A DNA stretch of 41,781 nucleotides from Pseudobdellovibrionaceae bacterium (GTDB lineage: Bacteria > Bdellovibrionota > Bdellovibrionia > Bdellovibrionales > Bdellovibrionaceae). The stretch is from NCBI GenBank assembly GCA_039810425.1, contig JBDHWW010000026.1, positions 1 to 41,781 on the forward strand, given 5' to 3'. Below are positions 8,382-16,252 of this stretch, piece after piece (the first letter of the stretch is position 1; the number at the start of each line of letters is the position of its first letter). Position numbers and translations under genes: made by a program. The notes under the pieces are model-generated. The model searched no databases and was not told the DNA's origin. It worked only from the letters and a program-made list of their open reading frames with translations.

Positions 8382-9866
8382 CTAATCGACAACGACTTCA
8401 AATTCCGGCGTAAAATTTCCCGGCGGCTTGTAAAGACAAATACGGTTCCCGCCTTTTTCCATAATATGCGTTAATGCTTTTGTTGCTGTTTCGTCAAGTG
8501 CCTGGACATTCTCCGCCAAAGACGGATACTCACTGACACCGATGCTGATAGAAACTTTGACGCCGCTATCTACGATTGAACTGCTCTCAACGATGCGACG
8601 GAGACGTTCGCCAAGAAGTGCCGCGCCTTTTTTGTGCGCATGAGGCAAAATCACCGCAATCTCATTTGCTTGCGTACGGCACGCAAAATCATTTGTGCGA
8701 ATCGTCCGTTTTACAAAGTCACCGACAGTCTTTAAAATCTCATCGCGGACATTCGCACCCAGCGTCTGCTCGATCTCGAAGAAATCATCGATGGAAATTT
8801 TCAGAACGGACACCGGTTGGCGCAAACGACGCGAACGCTCGAGTTCGGCATGAAGCTTCTCGATATAAAATTTCTGATTGTACAACTCCGTCAGGAAGTC
8901 CTGGACATCCAATGTATCCACACGTTTTTCCAGGCAGAAATAAGAATAGCAAAGCGCAAACAGACTGAACTCTTCACCAATCCGAAGCGTATCGGCCTTT
9001 CCGGAGTCCGCGGAATAAACGACCACGCCCTCGAGCTGATTTTCCACAAACAGCGGTAAAACACGCGAAGTTTTAATATTGAAAATCTGCTGAAGCATTT
9101 CATTCACGATCGGCGGCAAAAGACCCACTGTGAGTTGCGTGTTCAGGTCTTCCAAGTCCTCCGCTGGCAGTTGGCAGCCAACGCCTTGAATCTGCTGTGA
9201 GCTATAACCCGAAGCATGGGTTGCCACGAAGGAGCGGACTGAACTGAGAAATTTAAAATAAACTGCGGGAACTTTTTCGAGACGCTCAAAATACTTCTGC
9301 AAGACTTCCTCTTTACTTTGAGCCGAGCGATAGTCCGCGACGCGATTGGAAACGAGCATTTGCGACGCTTCGGCTTGAACCGCCTTTTGATCATTGATCT
9401 GTTGTTGCAATTCATCTTTCTTTCTTTGCGCCTCTTTCCAGTCGGCAAAGAGCTGTTCGTTCTGATAGGTAAGATACAACGACTCACAGACTTGGTCAGC
9501 AGCCCACAGCGCGCGCGCATCAAGGCTCGGGCCTTCAAGCGAAACAATATCCATCAACCCCAAAGTGTTGTACTGAGAAAGAGCCTCAAACTGCTGAGGA
9601 GCCGCCAGCGCGATCAATTTAATTTCCGCGCTGACCTCCAAGACTCCATTGACGAACTCACTGAGCGCGCCTTGCGCGGCCATTGTAGAGAACACCACCA
9701 AATGCGGCGTCATTTCCTTAAGGCGCGATTGGAAAGCCTCCAACTCTTGAAAGAAGTAGGCGTCATAACCGGCCTGAGAAAGCGCCACCTTCACGGCCGC
9801 CCCCTGATCGACGTCAGCGCTATAGACAAAGATGCTAAACTGCGAGCTATGCTCTCGAATATTCAA
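8382..9866 (-). CDS. Degenerate REC + coiled coil + GAF-like + degenerate GGDEF protein; probable c-di-GMP receptor (CdgA-like)
   Basis: DFLTELYNQ domain start, I-site RTND, A-site RTQANEI in place of RxGGDEF, VSISIGVS, KGGNR. The REC-like N-terminus has PHLVVFS at the phospho-Asp position. Confidence 0.8.
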   Translation of the reverse strand: MNIREHSSQFSIFVYSADVDQGAAVKVALSQAGYDAYFFQELEAFQSRLKEMTPHLVVFSTMAAQGALSEFVNGVLEVSAEIKLIALAAPQQFEALSQYNTLGLMDIVSLEGPSLDARALWAADQVCESLYLTYQNEQLFADWKEAQRKKDELQQQINDQKAVQAEASQMLVSNRVADYRSAQSKEEVLQKYFERLEKVPAVYFKFLSSVRSFVATHASGYSSQQIQGVGCQLPAEDLEDLNTQLTVGLLPPIVNEMLQQIFNIKTSRVLPLFVENQLEGVVVYSADSGKADTLRIGEEFSLFALCYSYFCLEKRVDTLDVQDFLTELYNQKFYIEKLHAELERSRRLRQPVSVLKISIDDFFEIEQTLGANVRDEILKTVGDFVKRTIRTNDFACRTQANEIAVILPHAHKKGAALLGERLRRIVESSSIVDSGVKVSISIGVSEYPSLAENVQALDETATKALTHIMEKGGNRICLYKPPGNFTPEFEVVVD

Positions 9867-12173
9867 TCAGTTCCTCTTTCCAGGCCGGCGAACTTCAACC
9901 TTGTAAGAATCTAATTCTTTTTTACGCGCCACCATCGGCGGCACTGCGGGCTTATCAATCACTAAATTCGGAGCGGCCGCGTATGGCGGGATTCCTTCCG
10001 GCTCCTCCGGTGGCTGGCTCGGCGCCGCGCTTGGTGGCGGCGTGATCATCGGCGGAGCCACAGCGGGCTTCGTCGGGCGGGGCGTTGCCGCCTTCGGCAG
10101 CGGAACCGCCGGGGGCGGATCATCGACAAACCCTTGGCCATCAAGGAACTGCAAGGGAACATCGCCATCCAGCTCCAACAAACTATCAACATTCACGTCG
10201 GTCAGTTTTTCTTTAGGTGCTTCCGCTTGCCTCAGCGCTTCGGCAACATCCTCGTCGCTCGCCGCGGCTTTCGGCAAATCCGCGGGAAGCTCCGGAGCAT
10301 GGAGCGATGGCGGGACTTTGAGCACTGGCGAGGCCACTTTAGCAACGATATTCGGCGCAAAGATCATCTCAACCGTCGTACCCTTTCCCCGCTGGGATTG
10401 CATTTGCACAACCCCATTGTGCTCTTTCAAAATTCCAACAACAACCGGCAGCCCCAAGCCCACGTGATGGGCAAAAGATCTGGTGGTAAAGAACGGATCG
10501 AAAACCTTGCCGACATTTTCGATGTCGATTCCTTCCCCCGTATCAGAGACTGTCACGTGCAAACCGTCACCAGCTTGCCAAGTTTTGACCCTCATGACTT
10601 TTTCAGGCATTCTTTCCATTGCTTCGATCGCGTTCATGAAGATATTCTCGAAAGCTTTGACCAACTCCGCCGAGGCCATCGGCCACGGCGGAGTTTCTTT
10701 GAAATCTTTTTCGACCTTCACGCCTTTTTGCACAATCTGGCCGTCGATGTTTTTCAAAGCGTGTATGATCGGGCCTTCAATTTTAGATTCATTCTTCTCA
10801 GTGCCATGTTCACCGGTAAACGTCACCAACTTCTCAAGCACATCACGTGAAGAGCGGGCTTCGCGCAAAATGGACTCTACCGCCTGCACCACGTCCGGAT
10901 CCTGGGTTTTTGACAAAACCATTTGCGAGAATCCCAAGATCGAAGCCAGGGGCGAGCGCATCTCTTGCCCGAGCGCCGCCGCCACTTGACGGAAGGCTTC
11001 GGTTTTTTCAGCTTGCAATTCCTGAGGAGTGATCGTGTCACCTTTGTTTTTTGGCGGCGGTGCCGCGGTCGGCACGTCGTGCGGTGACTTCATCGCGGGA
11101 TCCACAAATTCCGCCGAAGGCCGCGGAGCCACGGGCGCGGCCAAAACTTCATTGGATGTCACGACGGCGGGCGCATGCGGCGGTGAAGCGGGTATCGTCG
11201 CCGGGCTTGACGGAGGCGGCGCCGGAACCGCCGGAGCAACAGGCTGACGTTGCGCCGTGGGTTTCACGGTCGGCGCGACGGAACCCGGCGCCGGCGCGCC
11301 CGGCAATGCGGCAGCGCGCTTTTCCTGCCAGAAATAAATCGCGGCGCCTATCAAGCAAAGACCGACGGCCATAAACACAAACTGCCATGCCAATGACAGG
11401 CGGCCCTTCATGAGTTCTTCAATCGGCACCGTCGAAATGATGTAAGAGTTCGTACCGGGAATTTGCGAGTACATGCCGAAGATCTGCGTCTTGCCTTGCA
11501 TGTATTGACCCAAGCCTTGAACAGATCCCGCTGTGCGGATCTCTTTCAACATGGTGCTATCGCTCATCACGTTACCGACATAATCCGAAGTCGCGTGACT
11601 GATCGTGATGCCGTCGCTAGCAATAATGGAAATCTGGCTGATGGAGCCCTTTTGCGACTCAATCAACGACTGGAAGTTTTCACCACTGCCAATCAGAATG
11701 TAGGCATTTCCACGGCCGGCAAAGATCACCGCAACATGGCGGTTTTTTTGCGGATCTTTGAATGCTCTCAGCAAAACTGTACCGCTGCTTTCGAGTTCTT
11801 TCCCCATGAAGCCGATGTATTGGCCCAACTCGTTGGCCGTCCAATTCGCCGCAGGAGAATCCACTTTCGAAACCATGCGAGAAATCGCCAGGCCGCCATC
11901 TTTTGACGTCATCAGCGCCAAAGCGTAATACGGCTGGAACGCTTTCCAGTTGGCAGTTTCACGTTTGAAACTATCGTTGCTGACAGTCGCAAGCATACGA
12001 CGAGCGGATTGAATTTCAACATTGGTCGCTTGAGCGAGCGAAGAAATCTGCGCGCGCGCTTGAGCTTCAGCCCAAGCCATGCGGTCTCCGTAGACAAAAC
12101 GATCCACGCGCCACAAGACCACTGACAAAAGAGCGGCCGCCACCAGGATCGAAATCAGGAGTTTAAACTTCAT
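9867..12173 (-). CDS. Membrane sensor histidine-kinase-like protein (Cache-like periplasmic domain) lacking the phosphoacceptor His, with Pro-rich linkers
   Basis: Two TMs, H-box ALGQEMRSPLASILG, N-box NIFMNAIEAM, G1 DTGEGI, F-box FDPFFTT, G2 VGLGL. Confidence 0.82.
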   Translation of the reverse strand: MKFKLLISILVAAALLSVVLWRVDRFVYGDRMAWAEAQARAQISSLAQATNVEIQSARRMLATVSNDSFKRETANWKAFQPYYALALMTSKDGGLAISRMVSKVDSPAANWTANELGQYIGFMGKELESSGTVLLRAFKDPQKNRHVAVIFAGRGNAYILIGSGENFQSLIESQKGSISQISIIASDGITISHATSDYVGNVMSDSTMLKEIRTAGSVQGLGQYMQGKTQIFGMYSQIPGTNSYIISTVPIEELMKGRLSLAWQFVFMAVGLCLIGAAIYFWQEKRAAALPGAPAPGSVAPTVKPTAQRQPVAPAVPAPPPSSPATIPASPPHAPAVVTSNEVLAAPVAPRPSAEFVDPAMKSPHDVPTAAPPPKNKGDTITPQELQAEKTEAFRQVAAALGQEMRSPLASILGFSQMVLSKTQDPDVVQAVESILREARSSRDVLEKLVTFTGEHGTEKNESKIEGPIIHALKNIDGQIVQKGVKVEKDFKETPPWPMASAELVKAFENIFMNAIEAMERMPEKVMRVKTWQAGDGLHVTVSDTGEGIDIENVGKVFDPFFTTRSFAHHVGLGLPVVVGILKEHNGVVQMQSQRGKGTTVEMIFAPNIVAKVASPVLKVPPSLHAPELPADLPKAAASDEDVAEALRQAEAPKEKLTDVNVDSLLELDGDVPLQFLDGQGFVDDPPPAVPLPKAATPRPTKPAVAPPMITPPPSAAPSQPPEEPEGIPPYAAAPNLVIDKPAVPPMVARKKELDSYKVEVRRPGKRN

Positions 12174-12289
12174 ATTTGCTTTGCTTTCCTTGCAAATTAA
12201 AACGTGCCCTCAAGCCACGTGCTGCCATGCACATAGGCTATTGAATCTATTGTAGATTTAGAAACCGCTAAGAATCAAGCAAGAGTCCT

Positions 12290-12318
12290 TTGCCAAAGGC
12301 AATAAAGCGCATTAAAAA
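12290..12318 (+). promoter_or_regulatory. Candidate sigma70 promoter of nadB
   Basis: TTGCCA-17 nt-TAAAAA, 6 nt before the ATG, no SD sequence. Confidence 0.4.
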
Positions 12319-12324
12319 CTCTGC

Positions 12325-13986
12325 ATGAATACTCGACGTTGTGATGTTCTGATTATCGGTTCCGGCTTAGCTGGACTTGCTTTGGCGCTGAAGATGTCTT
12401 CTAAGGTCTCTCCCGAGGGAAAAGTCGTGATCCTCTCGAAGGAAAAGGCTCCGGATAGCAACACCGATATGGCCCAAGGTGGAATTGCCGCGGTGATGTC
12501 CGGCGAAGACAGTTTCGAGAGTCACATTCAAGACACTCTGACGGCGGGCGCGGGCCTCTGCAAGCCGGAAGTCGTGGAAAACTTTGTCTATCAAGCTCCT
12601 GATCGCATTCAAGATTTGTTAAACTGGGGAGCTCACTTCGACGTTCGTCGAGGCGTTGATAATGAGGAAAATTCCATCGATTTGACGCGTGAGGGCGGAC
12701 ACTCTTTCCGACGCATTTTACACTTCGAAGATCAGACCGGCCACGAGGTTCATCGCACGCTTCTTAAGCAGGTTCGCGCCCATCCCAACATCGAACTTTT
12801 AGAGCGCCATTTTGCTATCGACCTCATCATCAACAAACAGGTCGACACCTATGACATGAGCCCGACCCGTTGTGTGGGCACGTACTCGTTGAACAAAGAA
12901 ACCGGCGAAGTCGAGGCCTTCTTGGGCAAGGCCACTGTTTTAGCCACGGGCGGTGCTGGTAAAGTTTATCTTTATACCTCCAACTGGAGTGGTGCGACGG
13001 GTGACGGCATCGCAATGGCGTACCGGGCGGGCGCTCGCATTGCAAACTTGGAGTTCATGCAGTTCCATCCGACTTGCCTCTATCATCCCGACGCGCGTAA
13101 TTTTTTGATTTCCGAAGCCCTGCGCGGGGAAGGTGGCGAGCTCCTTAACCCTCAAGGCGAGGCTTTCATGCGCAAGTACCATACACTGGGATCGCTGGCT
13201 CCCCGTGATATTGTCGCCCGTTCCATCGATGCGGAGATGAAAAAATCCGGCGCTGCTTGCGTGTATTTGGACATGACAAAACTCGATGCCGAGTTCTTGC
13301 GTAAGCGCTTCCCCGCGATTCATCACAAGTGCCTGGAGTACGGGATCGACATGACAAAAACGCCAATCCCGGTGGTTCCCGCCGCTCACTATCTTTGCGG
13401 AGGAGTGCTCACGAACGTGAACGGCCAAACCGATATCCCCGGCCTGTTCGTCATCGGGGAAACCGCTTGTACCGGGCTTCACGGAGCGAATCGCCTGGCG
13501 TCAAACTCGCTGCTTGAGTGCCTCTGCATGGCCCACAACGCCAGTGAAGCTCTGAAAAAAGAATGGTCCTCTTTGACCGTGAGCAAACATGACCCGAAAG
13601 AGTGGGACTACCCTGAAGAATCCAACGCTGACGAGATGATCGTGATCTCACACATGTGGGAAGAAATTCGCCGCCTGATGTGGAACTATGTGGGGATTGT
13701 CCGCTCAAACAAGCGCTTGGAACGGGCGCAGCACCGTTTAAAAAATATTTTGAGCGAAGTGCGCGAATACTATTCTCACTTCAAAATTCATAGTGACATC
13801 CTCGAGCTTCGTAACATCGCGATTGTGGCGGACCTATCCATTGAATGTGCGCTCCGCCGCAAGGAGTCCCGCGGCATCCATTACAACTTGGACTATCCTT
13901 TTGTCCCTCAGGTAAAAGTCCTTGATGGCCCGAGACGAGCAGATCCTAAAGCGAAAGACACAATTTTGTTGCGCGGCCTGAGATAA
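12325..13986 (+). CDS. nadB: L-aspartate oxidase
   Basis: GSGLAG FAD motif, AQGGIAAV, REGGHS, QFHPT, LISEALRGEG, LAPRDIVAR, AAHYLCGG, GLHGANRLASNSLLE, ESRGIHY. Confidence 0.96.
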   Translation: MNTRRCDVLIIGSGLAGLALALKMSSKVSPEGKVVILSKEKAPDSNTDMAQGGIAAVMSGEDSFESHIQDTLTAGAGLCKPEVVENFVYQAPDRIQDLLNWGAHFDVRRGVDNEENSIDLTREGGHSFRRILHFEDQTGHEVHRTLLKQVRAHPNIELLERHFAIDLIINKQVDTYDMSPTRCVGTYSLNKETGEVEAFLGKATVLATGGAGKVYLYTSNWSGATGDGIAMAYRAGARIANLEFMQFHPTCLYHPDARNFLISEALRGEGGELLNPQGEAFMRKYHTLGSLAPRDIVARSIDAEMKKSGAACVYLDMTKLDAEFLRKRFPAIHHKCLEYGIDMTKTPIPVVPAAHYLCGGVLTNVNGQTDIPGLFVIGETACTGLHGANRLASNSLLECLCMAHNASEALKKEWSSLTVSKHDPKEWDYPEESNADEMIVISHMWEEIRRLMWNYVGIVRSNKRLERAQHRLKNILSEVREYYSHFKIHSDILELRNIAIVADLSIECALRRKESRGIHYNLDYPFVPQVKVLDGPRRADPKAKDTILLRGLR

Positions 13987-14015
13987 ATTCTCAAAATAGA
14001 TCCAGGCAGGTATCT

Positions 14016-14876
14016 ATGACATCGCAAAACACCTACAAGGTCTCTGAAGGTCACTTCAAAGGCATTAAAAACGCGGACCTTTATTTCCAAAACTGGGAAA
14101 ACCCAGGCGCCCGCGGAACCATCATCATTACCCATGGCCATGGTGAACACTCCGACTGCTATTTGCGCGTGGTGAATGCGCTCAAAGACGAAGCCTGGAG
14201 TCTCTATGCTTGGGATATGCGCGGACATGGAAAGTCCGAAGGCGCTCGTGGTTATGCCGAGAGCTTCGATGACTACTGCGGTGACTACGTTGAATTTTTA
14301 AAATTGGTTCTTGCCAAACCGCAGGTAAAAAAAGGCCCGGTGGTTTTCTTGGCGCACTCGATGGGTGGCCTTGTCCAAACAAAAACTTTGCTTCAGCACT
14401 CTGAATTCAAACCAGATGCGATGATCTTGAGCTCGCCGCTCTTTGGTATCGGCGTTGAAGTTCCCGCGATTAAAAAAATCGGTGCGCAATGGCTGGCAAA
14501 AATCGCACCGCGAGTGACGTTGTGGAATGAAATCACAAACGAACACGTAACCCGCGATCCTGAAATTATTCGCGAGTTGGAAAATGATCCTTATCGCCAC
14601 GCACGGGTCTGCGCGCCCGTGTATTTGGGCTTCCTAGAGAGCTTCAAATTTGTGTTTGAACACGCGCGCGAACTCAAAGTAAAAGCGCTGTTTCAAATTT
14701 CCGACAAAGACCCCGTGATCAGCTCCTCGGAAGTCATTCGTTTCTTTGAACAGCTTGGCAGCCCCGAAAAAGAGATTAAAATCTATAAAGATGCTCGCCA
14801 CGAAATCTATAACGACATCATTCGCGAACAAGCCTTTGCTGACATGCGGAAGTTTCTTGCAGGAGTAGGTAAATGA
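14016..14876 (+). CDS. Alpha/beta hydrolase, lysophospholipase/monoglyceride lipase (Hydrolase_4) family
   Basis: HGHGEH, DMRGHGKS, nucleophile elbow AHSMGG, DPVI, RHEIYND. Confidence 0.9.
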   Translation: MTSQNTYKVSEGHFKGIKNADLYFQNWENPGARGTIIITHGHGEHSDCYLRVVNALKDEAWSLYAWDMRGHGKSEGARGYAESFDDYCGDYVEFLKLVLAKPQVKKGPVVFLAHSMGGLVQTKTLLQHSEFKPDAMILSSPLFGIGVEVPAIKKIGAQWLAKIAPRVTLWNEITNEHVTRDPEIIRELENDPYRHARVCAPVYLGFLESFKFVFEHARELKVKALFQISDKDPVISSSEVIRFFEQLGSPEKEIKIYKDARHEIYNDIIREQAFADMRKFLAGVGK

Positions 14877-15466
14877 AATATCTCGGAATTCTCATCGCCG
14901 CTTTGATTTTATCCGCCTGTGCTTCTCACACGGTAAATAACGGTGGAGTGACTATCATGAGCGAAGACGCTTACGATTCCGCCATCGATAAATGGTCTGA
15001 TCACGTGGAAGACTACAGCGGGCTTAATAATACGGTGACTATCATGGCAACTCTTTTGGTTCCTGAAGCCGTCTTGGCCCAAGTCGATCAAAATGCGCGC
15101 CTTTTCCAATGGGACCAAGTCAACTACGACAATGAAAAGAAAAAAGCCGAGAACGCAATGGCAACCAAGACCGAAGCGTTTATCAGCTTCTACTCACCTG
15201 AAAGAAAATGGGATGACTTATATAAGAGCAAAACTCTTTGGAAGGTTTTCTTGGACGTGAATGGCCAGCGCTATGAAGGCACGGTTTCCAAGATCAAACT
15301 TCTGCCGCGTGAAATTCAAAAGCTCTATTCGTATCATACGCCCTTTGCGACGCCTTATATGATTAGCTTTCCCGTTGCCGCCACGGCGGTCGGCAATGGC
15401 CCTGCCCGCCTGATCTTTACTGGCGCGGTCGGCTCAATCTCCCTGCACTTCGGGGCAAAGAAGTAA
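14873..15466 (+). CDS. Hypothetical lipoprotein
   Basis: MKYLGILIAALILSAC lipobox, overlapping the hydrolase 3' end by 4 nt. Confidence 0.75.
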   Translation: MKYLGILIAALILSACASHTVNNGGVTIMSEDAYDSAIDKWSDHVEDYSGLNNTVTIMATLLVPEAVLAQVDQNARLFQWDQVNYDNEKKKAENAMATKTEAFISFYSPERKWDDLYKSKTLWKVFLDVNGQRYEGTVSKIKLLPREIQKLYSYHTPFATPYMISFPVAATAVGNGPARLIFTGAVGSISLHFGAKK

Positions 15467-15499
15467 CCCCCGGCATGTGGGTCTTCGATTTCTATCCCG

Positions 15500-16252
15500 C
15501 TATCCTTCTTTGATAACAGCCCCAGCTAAACCCCAGGATTTCAGAACCTCTTGTTCTTCGCTGGCGGACATTGTTTTTTTAAACTTGGCTCCGGATTGCC
15601 CCTTCACCCGGCGCTCGCATGAACCCCAGTCTTTGTGGCGATAGACCACGCCTCCAATGTTGCTCAAATAAGAAAACGCCGTTTTCTTTTCGCCCTTATT
15701 ATAGGGCTTCATCTCGGGCAAGCCTTCCGGCTCCGGTAAATCCAAGATCGGCAAATCATACTTCAACAGGGGCCCCCCATATAGGCGAAAACTCTGTCCC
15801 TTCGAGTACGCAACACTGATTTCATCACAGCGTTCGTTGCCCGGCACCCCCGTATGCCCGCGTACATAGTTCCACGACAGCTCGCCGAGACCTTTGCGTT
15901 TGTAGACAAGATATGAAAGCTCCTCCCACAGGTCTTTGTTCTGAACCTCTTTTCCCTCAGCGGTCAGCCAGTTGTTGCGCTTCCACCCCCACACCCATTG
16001 CGTAATACCGCGAATGACATAAGTGGAATCCGTATAGATGCGCACGTCGCCCGGAGTGTTTTTCAAATATTCTAAAGCCCCCAGCACGCCGGAAATTTCC
16101 ATGCGGTTGTTGGTGGTCGAGCGATCGCCGTCCCCAAGCTCTTGCACTTTGCCCTCAGGCAAAACGACGACGGCTCCCCAGCCACCAGGGCCCGGATTTC
16201 CAGAGCAAGCTCCGTCCGTGAATACGATGATGTCCTTGAATTGGGAGATCAC
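15500..16252 (-). CDS. rnhA: Ribonuclease HI with C-terminal viroplasmin-like hybrid-binding domain
   Basis: FTDGACSGNPGPGGWG, TTNNRME, YTDSTYV, NKDLW, VRGHTGVPGNERCD. Tail HKDWGSCERRVKGQSGAKFKK. Confidence 0.92.
   Translation of the reverse strand: MISQFKDIIVFTDGACSGNPGPGGWGAVVVLPEGKVQELGDGDRSTTNNRMEISGVLGALEYLKNTPGDVRIYTDSTYVIRGITQWVWGWKRNNWLTAEGKEVQNKDLWEELSYLVYKRKGLGELSWNYVRGHTGVPGNERCDEISVAYSKGQSFRLYGGPLLKYDLPILDLPEPEGLPEMKPYNKGEKKTAFSYLSNIGGVVYRHKDWGSCERRVKGQSGAKFKKTMSASEEQEVLKSWGLAGAVIKEG

Noticed and set aside
12190..12236. GGCACG...TTGCA and TGGCAG...GGC on the minus strand as a sigma54 promoter for the big operon
   Set aside because: GG-to-GC spacing is 13 and 9 nt, not the required 10.
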